Shown here: one piece after another, positions 40,301 through 44,962 of the stretch
Layout: every line of letters starts with the position of its first letter
Position numbering within the stretch: position 1 is the stretch's first letter
NCBI GenBank assembly: GCA_964529535.1
Contig: CAZGXC010000004.1
Span: 1-44,962, forward strand
Origin: an uncultured Hyphomicrobiales bacterium
Lineage (GTDB): Bacteria; Bacteroidota; Ignavibacteria; Kapaibacteriales; UBA2268
Direction of reading: 5' to 3'
Length of the DNA stretch: 44,962 nucleotides
Notes under the pieces: model-generated
What the model was told of the DNA's origin: nothing
The model's input: the letters and a program-made list of their open reading frames with translations, nothing else
Databases searched by the model: none
Position numbers and translations under genes: made by a program

Positions 40301-40436
40301 TAATTATACTATTAATAATGCATCAACAGGTATTACTATTCATGATGGAACTGATGCAGTAAGAGTCCTGAAAAATGTGACTATTAACGGCTCGCTGATG
40401 AATAAGGGCATAATTGATGTAGGAAATTGCGAATAA
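28392..40436 (+). CDS. Giant (4014 aa) secreted protein, predicted beta-helix/beta-sandwich adhesin-like, built from six divergent super-repeats
   Basis: Uninterrupted 12-kb ORF. Signal-peptide-like N-terminus (VWCLILALTMFSASMTSYSQ). Repeated rung-like motifs recur throughout: GDW.N.G.F..GT..V.F.G...Q.I; [FY]..[LI].[IV] 'FNKLTIQN/FYSILVNK/YYNLKISS'; GN[VI]QT..R.F....Y.Y.G. No T9SS CTD by eye. Confidence 0.9.
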   Translation: MNKIRLNIDKRVWCLILALTMFSASMTSYSQTVPLVNIKGGAKVSFANGSNVLIRGSLSNGTNATLSLNGTIGIYGNWINNGTQTASATSRIEFIGGDNAEISGTGGSTQFYSILVNKDTRQVVLSLNTAPATSTPAGFVELRKGSFKVIGEYTYTNSFLAKVDGILSIPGTAEFWLENPNAVVEGQLADLILNGKLKITDGTFNASQALLSTVTEQGTELEIEDGTLNVGQRLSLNNASTTTPLKFTQTGGTINVATAGVQTNTNSIFEFISPEAVVNISGGEIVLKNENSTANVIDYNFAVNNATVTGGTLKIDAAAASQTFSIKSAIPIGNLLMTGTNNPVVQLSGNNLSVLKDVTIAGAGEDRVKLNGFDLSLGGDWNHNIAQANGLNQGTNNVIFTGNKVQKITATTIDPVFTTLINNKTGEKIVMHKPMSITSKLKLVGTTAIIDMQSNNLTIDASAKIFADVSETNESVTAFNSSKYIINSGSNTDPLLGAKLIRKLPALELGSIANIAFPIGTPNAYSPVQIDLFQTSTTLATDANIGVKVVPLEHPGVEVSNKSLKKYWNVSTSGITLTNDKAEIRCFYDANDAVGGGSEGYYRVAKYTPEWNTPAAYWQSEPGRDSNYVDFGLHYLVSKGLNNIDGDWTAAEQKAISGYYYSRQNGDYNDPNTWSKIAFGGDAAPTAPNKLSDRVYIQENVVTVTENTPAAKLIAVQTGKDGRGDGVLKIQNNFVVVGDTFKLEAKAKLYIGSEEGISESGATGNVQTQNRFFSKDAHYFYYGDLAQITGTGIPTQVAKLTIDKTATAKVTLSRNILISDEFHLINGIFDMSSSTLDGLTVDRKFKMDDGEFIVNSAFPINYTAPTFTNGQITFDGTGNITIPSSASETPIAQYYNLKISSASRSGNITLSRDGEIKIAHNLDISSLKFADNRYRFFTDGSTVRFNSTIAEQSIQFAPNSPADENCYLNYYNLIIDGANTVKITGTTSSTGLNILNKLTINNAAATFNANGFGINIHGDWVNTAGTFVQGTGTVKFVSDVASIATNIKSRSMTDNPFNNVIVSGPGTVKLNNDILINGNLTFEQDVVLSALSHNVNIKGDWKNTSGIFDIGTSNVIFSGTNPQNIEKTTGNATFNKLTIQNLNNVYAANVGSDTSGVIINNELALNSGNLVSHVGNKYKYVQINNLITRSGGGFVDGELRKKISAGAVTKVFEVGYNTSYTPVTFDVTGTAGSAGFVGVISDTINASSNIIRWNANSPTAIIPANSKIEPTGHIARRYGITIPVGSSFNLSNTRSYSAKVEFVPGDVKGTVNPQQFTMSVLTNPNIPTWVYPFSYEYLVRPVITEKTTTSTKMQALKDFGSIIVGVPSMITYYSRQTGNWNDPQSWSLEQYGGTAAPGYPGQTEVYRAYIGNGHTITMGSNITVNASSASGITENSAVIVDSANGAGTLLMGGYVINGTGEFRLLKYSTLSIGSSAGIMLAGNNTGNVQTTTRNYNYGNHNRGIFIYTGAGNSSTGNGLPSSVPNSATPDTLSKLIIDKTSGILTQWGVAGGKNVLRVFDELRIIKGNFKLSDIADAALVLYGDMTLDLNATFTPNSRTVWFRGEKQQYIQAGAYNQPIAFDRIEIDKVMNAGNITLKGNTNINVTTLNFSSINKVLIDANTHSSVANPIYVFAGTVTGAGQITETTSGGWVLGDMRRNVAAGAATVKFETGTPLYYAPFELSFANGTGSTAGVLSGASITGEHPMLGTGPLVNYPVSRERQLTVYWKLKRPVGSGFVRGNRAYTLRTYSHSSHAVKTDCIGCADLSFYRGGSINNNYANNQWQGLFNNNSRTNSDTEGFDCSDTRWLTTEEYNIPANMRFTYGGSSCTDDENILDRITVNSVGSDIPFGSLTIDGSNGDVLLADFVAGNRNTLKYYSFYSIKDGDWSDPTTWSTEGYNGTVNAAATDYSAGDIRPVPARQYDVAYIGNGKKVRADVLIGTNLLTPTSLLGTCVKVENTGTLDLGTTSLRGNQFTADPGSTLIIGANDGLNRNQYLGNVQLYYNSPIAVADSVNIVYSPRGRTVNRHQIPIANYDATSSYITSVRFYSATVSNILTYTSGDRYRLGSYACILMPASLNVNSGSTYSVTITANDSRRRTYSVSYLTYAGAWVEIATVTDVWNSTSSSKTLNFTIPADLETGTTLLRVQTLNNRTSAGEAELYTIHVTKPDYVANQVPGTALPSVLKSLTMTTDNEPAASQTFTLNKSLTIVDYLKFDKGNFVNGANTLNVAGDIISNNANTFNAVGGQVNLIDVQNCDIKGNASITFDKINLRKKDAIINLNTDVNIISEWRVDTLNSVNLADSRTLKFEANAGIYGYPGNNKAMIKVSGSENTGKMIKTFSSNLATGNRGFEFPFGIDTTYNPANIRMTGAYAANNSLTVQLFNRKHPAALNGDILKKYWKLETQGISNITASSLGFGYRSADTSGDMKKYIPARYASGAWEIDLGTNPIGKPDTINITNESGVSGEWTTGIPTTYFTNRIFYSRNTGSWDVKSNWSTDATLKHTGKSAAYYPGELYENDVVNIDGHTITLNDPKLLILDSIRIGGTNNNTVAGRLLFGNVANNQMFLRSVFLDADNGEIASENANSGLDTMILSSLFVNKSTGTGFNGASNLPSKVILKFAGEGNSTISGEGNYTSIGDIIQKKGGGFSDTLKIESNSFALATESKLTGAITPESGIIRNQSDKDLYLSATGVDVNMGLNSGIDCKKQTTYTRSSLITNTNTTINVDGGNLSVGTAANGHMLYKTGTTVTLTDGKIEVAGAFARFNENASVDLTIANKNTNNFIVNSIGNTSTDKIGFDLSNSASSISMSDGRILVANGGGTTSTPFDLRINAMGGSGLTGGLIISGVEDKTPAGTNIKIGGSTPLYDLAFINGVDNVRISTSILEQTMKIKNNWTITDRHDFNLNGNTISLGGNLTNNGGFTAVPAGATTGAWQLELDGAGDQTISDNSENGLNIHNFRVNKPTGDVILGADTKLWVRSTLEFSTDNNAIIKTGVTDMSKYVIVAPKEGVNSVATVIRAGKGHVDGYMGSWIPATASSVKFDIGGSTNAIYRPVEFQTVGANTGGIVMAKYNNTAHTTLPSIASSKLDKYWTVIPHTDPTKAFSLAEGQSYNLAVNYDNTELTAGTNELELEQIMRTPSIALNAIGTWASLNTNEKRANYSKSFANTNFGDVILGIPLGITYYSINSGDWNNPTNWSTTGYDGTSAADYPRLATDFVKIGNGKKIVVPSTLTDLRVNSVVVEKYNNVPGALQINGKFNGISGRSFVLSDDCTIGVQHMHGINSLMEGSRGAIITNSRTFGTSRYIYNSSEGAQITGNAIPNTIKTLILNNSTAGNNSLFLHNSDISGELAIQDTLAIEQGLFNTSDRNIRIAKAVQIGKQTNEGVLEAGTSSFIFQDGADKYIDIANLGGIRFYRIDLNNTKLHANRTIEAEGALQHVYVKNKLNFAGTSALFILGDAVNLTVESSDPQAITGFDGNKFVQTSVTSGSLIREVKNNSIYTFPIGSLENSVLQYAKADLTLANTGNSGRIGLRTSWGQNSNNAHKYLSVNANAGYMKRYWAVDSVTMQINGNLKFYYNEGEFTTNSTEDDMKRIVRWRPAKERAEGAWSFPVTIANLDKAANTFGTGISFDYTGFTGDWTLGNDRTFRRIFYSRQDGNWNSPDSWTFSDTHSGDIAGIGLFPNSAGDSVVIGGSKIITLNINNPFANIMDVGIQLGNTAENAGILKITNENILNGTYFNFIPGSSLYIGSANGISAEGTNSGNIQTTNRIFDQAGNYYYSGTSNQSLGNGLPNTVAGLGIANTGTENNNTVTFDRNISIGKLFTVISGTADIVDHTVTTTATDATMSMSDGALLRIGASNTPNTALTGFKNYLLHNNSTIEFYGTNQDISNVPLKFYDPNNADETLQGYGNVLMSNGTSYIGNKILLRGNYTINNASTGITIHDGTDAVRVLKNVTINGSLMNKGIIDVGNCE
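30369..39512 (+). repeat. Protein-level super-repeats inside the giant ORF, anchored by six [FY]YS-x3-G-x-[WY]-x2-[PK]-x2-W-[ST] motifs
   Basis: Anchors: YYSRQNGDYNDPNTWS 30369-30416 (aa 660); YYSRQTGNWNDPQSWS 32505-32552 (aa 1372); FYSIKDGDWSDPTTWS 34146-34193 (aa 1919); FYSRNTGSWDVKSNWS 35955-36002 (aa 2522); YYSINSGDWNNPTNWS 38061-38108 (aa 3224); FYSRQDGNWNSPDSWT 39465-39512 (aa 3692). Each is preceded by a ~150-aa unit containing P.G....Y.P...[KR]YW......G[DE]WT.G, and most are followed by ...GN[VI]QT..R.F....Y.Y.G...G.G[LI]P. The repeats are divergent; I saw no nucleotide-level identity. Confidence 0.8.
34611..35025 (+). other. GEVED-like domain inserted in one super-repeat of the giant protein
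   Basis: ...YAGAWVEIATVTDVWNSTSSSKTLNFTIPADLETGTTLLRVQTLNNRTSAGEAELYTIHV resembles the layout I associate with the GEVED domain (W.D.N.dg.F........F.IP.....G.T.(M/L)RV..........GE.EDY.v.V). It is present only once in the protein. Confidence 0.4.
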
Positions 40437-40519
40437 ATAATAAATAGAAATAGATTAAGTAAATAAATTTTTTTTAAAAATATAATAAACAATTTTATAA
40501 TTTTATTGGAGATAAACCA

Positions 40520-42670
40520 ATGACAATCAGAACAACTAAAAGTCTCCTTATTGGAGCAATTGCAAGCTTAGGCTTAGCATTGGGCACAGCCGACGCGCTA
40601 GCTCAAACAACAGATGCTACTGGTGTATTTAACACTAGCGAAAGTAGTAGCTACGTAGTTCCTTCTTCAACATCAACTGCGGGTGGTGGCGTTATTCGTA
40701 TGAGAAGTAAAACCGGAGCAATTACAGGGAAATACGGTGCCACTGCAACTAATAGATTTCCAGGAACAGTTATCTGGATGTGTACACAAACAATAACGCC
40801 ACCGGCAGAGGGTGGCACATTGTTCGTTACTGATATGAAGACAGATGGCTCCGGGGATAAGACATTTACTGGAAAATACGATGTTTCTGGAACATATCAG
40901 CCAGGAGATGTAGCAACTGGTAAGCGTGTATACACTGGAACAACATTTACATTTTCAGGAACTTCTTCAGGAACTTCCCAGATTATTCCTTCAGAAAACA
41001 CTAATAATGGTGGTGGATTTGATAATGTAGAATTATCTGGAAGCCAAGCAAAAACGACAGGTAGCTGTGTAGCGGCAGGAACAGCTGGATTAAGTATCAA
41101 TACTTTGACGCAAGCTGGAGGAGCATTTACAAACCAGACTAATTTAGCATTGGGTGCTAATACTCATTCAGTAGATAATATGGTTAATGCATCTACTGAT
41201 TGCGGTATTGAATTAGCTAAAAATGGAATATTAAATATTAAGGATTTAACTAATACTACTGGTAAACTGAAACTTAACGAACAAGCAACAGTCAATTTGT
41301 CTGGAACATTCATACGCACTGCTGGCGAAATGGATTTTGCCTGTGCCTCTACTTTTAATTACACAGGTACCGGTGCACAAACTATCGTAGCTACTGATGC
41401 GCTAGCAACTAATGGTTTCGCTTCATACGGTAACCTTGGTATTTCTGGGGGTGCTAAAACAGCTGGTGGCGACTTCTCTGTTTGTGGTAACTTCGCTGGT
41501 AATGCGAATTTGGATAATGATGAGCATACAATGACAATGTTAAACGGAAATCAAAACAGAATTTCTTACGGAGATCCTTCTACTGGTATCTATGAAGTAA
41601 CTGGTAAGATCAAATATGAGAATATAGATGCTAATAAAGAATTAACATTTAACAACAAAGGAACTCAAATTATATTTGAAGCAGCACCAAAGACATTCAC
41701 ATTAGACGTAAGAAGTGCAACTGCACCAGTTAAAGCAGGTGCTGACAACTTTAAGACAGATAGAGATATTAACAGAAGAATTAATGTAGCATATACTCTT
41801 AATGGAACACCTGGTAATCTAAGTAATGGTAAAATATCTTCATTTAAAACACTATGGACTGCAGCAGACGTAACAAACATTGCTGGATCAGTAGATTATA
41901 CAAAACTAAAAATAGCTGAATTATACTCGACTACAAAAGAAAGCAAGAAATTAGTTCGCTTCGGTGCTAGCACTACAGTAAGTGCGTCAGATAGAACAAT
42001 CACTTATGCTGGCGGAGCTTCTGGAGCTGAAGGTTTAGCATTGGTTGCAGCAACAGCTCCAAGCGATCCAGTAACTGTAGAGGAAAACAAGATGTTATTC
42101 AATGGATCAGACATCGTGTTATCAACAAAAATACAAAAAATCACATCTATTGTTCATGGTCGTTGGTCAAACCCATTGACTTGGGATGAAGGTCACGAGC
42201 CTTACGCTTACGAAGACGTAGATATCAAAACATCTGTATGGGTTGGTGATGATCGCGCATTGTTCGGAACTGAATCTCAATATGCATACGCAGTGAACGA
42301 GAGAGCTACTGGAGCACCTGGTGTAGCACCAAGTGCAGCTGCTAACTCTATAACAATCTTGGATATTCAAGATGCAGGTCTTTATATCTCTAATCAAGAT
42401 GGTGATATGTATAAAACAAATGGAAGTGAAGTAGTATTTGCAACAGTAATGCAAGGAAATATTAAATCAGGTATCTTTAACAAAAACGCAAGAACAACAG
42501 ATTCTGATATTAATCCAATGCTTAATACTGCTAGGGTAAATGGTATCTTTATTTCTGCTGTAGTAGGCGGAGACACTCCTACATATACTCCAGTATTGGG
42601 AGCATCTCAGTTTGATAACCAAGGATTTATGCATAATGCTGGTATCATTGAAGTTGGTACTTGTCAATAA
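40520..42670 (+). CDS. Secreted 716-aa paralogue of the giant protein (beta-helix + beta-sandwich + G-x-W-x2-P-x2-W unit), with the same C-terminal motif
   Basis: GGAG lies 9 nt upstream. Signal peptide LLIGAIASLGLALGTADALAQ. Contains HGRWSNPLTW (42155-42184, aa 546). Ends FMHNAGIIEVGTCQ (42626-42667), compared with LMNKGIIDVGNCE in the giant. Confidence 0.85.
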   Translation: MTIRTTKSLLIGAIASLGLALGTADALAQTTDATGVFNTSESSSYVVPSSTSTAGGGVIRMRSKTGAITGKYGATATNRFPGTVIWMCTQTITPPAEGGTLFVTDMKTDGSGDKTFTGKYDVSGTYQPGDVATGKRVYTGTTFTFSGTSSGTSQIIPSENTNNGGGFDNVELSGSQAKTTGSCVAAGTAGLSINTLTQAGGAFTNQTNLALGANTHSVDNMVNASTDCGIELAKNGILNIKDLTNTTGKLKLNEQATVNLSGTFIRTAGEMDFACASTFNYTGTGAQTIVATDALATNGFASYGNLGISGGAKTAGGDFSVCGNFAGNANLDNDEHTMTMLNGNQNRISYGDPSTGIYEVTGKIKYENIDANKELTFNNKGTQIIFEAAPKTFTLDVRSATAPVKAGADNFKTDRDINRRINVAYTLNGTPGNLSNGKISSFKTLWTAADVTNIAGSVDYTKLKIAELYSTTKESKKLVRFGASTTVSASDRTITYAGGASGAEGLALVAATAPSDPVTVEENKMLFNGSDIVLSTKIQKITSIVHGRWSNPLTWDEGHEPYAYEDVDIKTSVWVGDDRALFGTESQYAYAVNERATGAPGVAPSAAANSITILDIQDAGLYISNQDGDMYKTNGSEVVFATVMQGNIKSGIFNKNARTTDSDINPMLNTARVNGIFISAVVGGDTPTYTPVLGASQFDNQGFMHNAGIIEVGTCQ

Positions 42671-42746
42671 TAAAATCAATAACAGTATTCGCACTATGAG
42701 ATATTTAACGATAAACATAGTATAGTTAATACAAACAATCTTATAC

Positions 42747-42775
42747 AGTCCCGCCTACGAATGGTGGGCGGGACT
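42747..42775 (+). terminator. Strong GC hairpin after the 716-aa gene (probable terminator, no T-tract)
   Basis: AGTCCCGCC (42747-42755) / GGCGGGACT (42767-42775), extendable by three more pairs. It lies 77 nt after the stop, and the next gene starts 116 nt further on. Confidence 0.5.
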
Positions 42776-42890
42776 AATAAGATATAAGTTAATCTTATCA
42801 TGAGTTTAATCAAACTGATTAAGTAAATGATAGAATTAAAAAAGCCAAAAAAATGGTGTATATTTTAATAACCTAAAGATTGTTAAAGAA

Positions 42891-44951
42891 ATGGAAATAA
42901 AATTTAGACATATTGTAGCGGTATTCGTCCTACTCAGCATAGGTAGCTTTTTAGCTTATGCACAGGAAGCTTCGTTTAACAACACAGGCGGCAAACTCAC
43001 AAACGAAGGGACAATAAGGGTTAATATAGGGCAGGTGAAAGGTTTGCCTGATTCACTTGGTGGCAGGATAGAGTTCACGAGCAAGGATGGTGGGCACGTC
43101 CAAGCCATACCCAATATAAAATATTGGCAATTAGTTCTTAAGGGTAAAGGATATCGAAAAATCCGCAAAGAAAATTCTTCATCACACCTAATTGTGGGCG
43201 ATAGCTTGATAATGATAGATTCTACAAAAATTGAATTGTATGAAGCGGATATTTACGCAAAAAACTCAGTAGAGAACACTACGAAAGTTTATGGCTCTAA
43301 GGAAGTCCGCTTGAATAGCGAGGTGAAAGCTCAGGATATGATAGGCAATGGGCGGGGTAGCTTTGATCATTTAAATATCGATAATCCCCATGGAGTAAAT
43401 GTCATCAAAGGTGGATTTACCGTTGATAGCTCGCTTACCCTTACCAGAGGGAAATTGAATAATACTACACAAAACTTCAATATGCGAGATTCATCTTTGA
43501 TTACTCGATACGAAGGTGGCGCATTAGCCGAAAAGCCTAATTTCGAAGGAACTATAGACGTAAGCTATAAAGGCGCGGGAAAATCTATTCAGACAGGCGG
43601 AGAATTACCATTAGAAAAGGATAAATTGCAGAACTTGAGAGTAGAAAATGCCGGCGGAATCGTGCTGACACACGATGTGCAGGTCAATAGAAGCCTATAC
43701 GTCGGAGCGAGAATTGCAACAGAATTTGATGAAGAGAAGAGATATGTTTTGACTTATACACCAGCAATTAATCCAGATTTCTCCATGTCTCCGCAAGCCG
43801 AGATAGACGGAACTTTCCGCAGAACCTTCATCAGCTATAAAGAAAATATGCTCATGAACAATAGATTTACTTGGGCATTGTTTAAAACAGATGGCGATGC
43901 AGGCGGAGTAAAGACATTAAACTTCAGAGTGAAGCCAAAAACATTTTTCGCATTGCCTGAGGGGAATGTTCAAAAAGTAGAAAGAAGTTTCGAAATATGG
44001 GCAGAAAAATCAACTACGCAAAGCGATACAACTACAGCAATCCCAAATGTAGATATAGGTTATGGCTGGAGAAGCGAAGATGGTGATGAGCAGGTTGATG
44101 AAAGCAAGGGCTTAGATATTCCGACATTAAAATTAAAAAGATGGAATGGCGGAGATTGGAACAGTATAATGTCTTCAACAGTTCCAGAAAAGAGTCCAGA
44201 TGGCAAATGGTATTTCGCCAGTGCATCTAATATTGATTTACTTGGTAAGTTTGTCATCGGGTCAGATAAGGGTGGAAACATAAACTTAGCAGCAAAAGTT
44301 TTCTTGGAAGGACCATATTATGATTCACTAATGAAGACAGAGTTGGTTAAATTTAATCTTTTGCCTCGCACTCCGGATGATGTTTATCCGTATAATTTAG
44401 ATAAGAACAGAGCTAAAGTAAAGGCAACAATAGCTAAATTGGATAGTATAGTGGATTGGATAGTGATGGAATTTAAACCAGAAACAGGTGAATCTCAATA
44501 CGCATCATTACTCTTGAAGAATGATGGAACAATATTGTCTCCACACGGCGATACTGTTCTAAATCTAACAGCTCTCGGAATAGATTCCGGCGTATATTTC
44601 ATAGGTGTTTTGCACAGAAATCACTTACCAGTGTATACAATGAAAACAATGAAAATGCGTCAAGAATATAATGGGCAAATTGCCGACTTTACGAAACCAG
44701 CCACGGTATACGGTAAAGAAGGTTCGCTTAGACCGCTTGACATTAAGGGAGGATTTATTCTCTATGGCATGGTCGCCGGCGACGTTAATGGAGATAATAA
44801 GATAGACGAGACAGATTATAAACTAACATGGGAAAATAGAGACATGCAATTTATTCGGACGCAATATGATATTAATATGTCGGGCTACGTAAATACCAGA
44901 GATATCAATTTCCCTTGGAACAATCGTAATAGATCAGCAAATATTCCATAA
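42891..44951 (+). CDS. Secreted 686-aa paralogue (beta-helix + beta-sandwich) with a C-terminal dockerin-like double EF-hand module
   Basis: Signal peptide IVAVFVLLSIGSFLAYAQ. NIKYWQLVLKG and FDHLNIDNPHG rung motifs. Beta-sandwich with VERSFEIWAE...GYGWRSEDGD...RWNGGDW. LEGPYY...VDWIVMEF...GVLHRNHLPVYT block. Two Ca-loop-like segments, DVNGDNKIDETD (44781-44816) and DINMSGYVNTRD (44868-44903). Confidence 0.85.
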   Translation: MEIKFRHIVAVFVLLSIGSFLAYAQEASFNNTGGKLTNEGTIRVNIGQVKGLPDSLGGRIEFTSKDGGHVQAIPNIKYWQLVLKGKGYRKIRKENSSSHLIVGDSLIMIDSTKIELYEADIYAKNSVENTTKVYGSKEVRLNSEVKAQDMIGNGRGSFDHLNIDNPHGVNVIKGGFTVDSSLTLTRGKLNNTTQNFNMRDSSLITRYEGGALAEKPNFEGTIDVSYKGAGKSIQTGGELPLEKDKLQNLRVENAGGIVLTHDVQVNRSLYVGARIATEFDEEKRYVLTYTPAINPDFSMSPQAEIDGTFRRTFISYKENMLMNNRFTWALFKTDGDAGGVKTLNFRVKPKTFFALPEGNVQKVERSFEIWAEKSTTQSDTTTAIPNVDIGYGWRSEDGDEQVDESKGLDIPTLKLKRWNGGDWNSIMSSTVPEKSPDGKWYFASASNIDLLGKFVIGSDKGGNINLAAKVFLEGPYYDSLMKTELVKFNLLPRTPDDVYPYNLDKNRAKVKATIAKLDSIVDWIVMEFKPETGESQYASLLLKNDGTILSPHGDTVLNLTALGIDSGVYFIGVLHRNHLPVYTMKTMKMRQEYNGQIADFTKPATVYGKEGSLRPLDIKGGFILYGMVAGDVNGDNKIDETDYKLTWENRDMQFIRTQYDINMSGYVNTRDINFPWNNRNRSANIP

Positions 44952-44962
44952 ACGAAGTAAAT

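Noticed and set aside
1-44962. Search by eye for CRISPR arrays, tandem DNA repeats, IS elements, integrases, tRNA or rRNA genes.
   Set aside because: None found. The only repeats are short AT-rich microsatellite-like runs such as TAAATAAATAAAT at 27161-27173, and the repeat structure in the giant gene exists only at the protein level.

Overview
AT-rich window, most likely from an FCB-group bacterium (Bacteroidota/Ignavibacteriota-like). Supporting this by eye: a fused lpxC-fabZ gene, T9SS-type C-terminal sorting domains, PorV/PorQ-like barrels, a DUF1573 protein and a GWxTD protein. All family calls come from motif recognition only; no searches were run. I support 23 protein-coding genes (one 5'-truncated, one frameshifted). 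I saw no rRNA, tRNA, CRISPR array, transposase or integrase. The window falls into three blocks. (i) 1-9.9 kb is outer-membrane housekeeping: a T9SS cargo protein, a PorQ-like barrel, bamD, lpxC-fabZ, lpxA, an OmpA-family protein, and a small OM beta-barrel gene split by a frameshift in a T6 run. (ii) 10.2-25.4 kb is a same-strand run: ECF sigma, an unusual anti-sigma, a SusC-like TonB-dependent barrel, a 1648-aa protein with a T9SS-type CTD, a PorV-like barrel, a GWxTD protein, an LpxL-like acyltransferase and a GT9 heptosyltransferase-like protein. Two matching ECF-type promoter candidates (TGWAACCTT-N16-TCNA) sit upstream of the sigma gene and of the TonB-dependent receptor gene. I cannot name a characterised system with this composition. 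(iii) 26.3-45 kb holds an orphan NarL-type response regulator, then four secreted proteins: a tail-collar fibre-like protein, a 4014-aa giant built from six divergent super-repeats, and two smaller paralogues of 716 and 686 aa. The giant and the 716-aa protein end in the same motif, GII[DE]VG-x-C-[EQ]-COOH, and none of the four carries the T9SS CTD used elsewhere in the window. Blocks (ii) and (iii) are the best candidates for undescribed biology.
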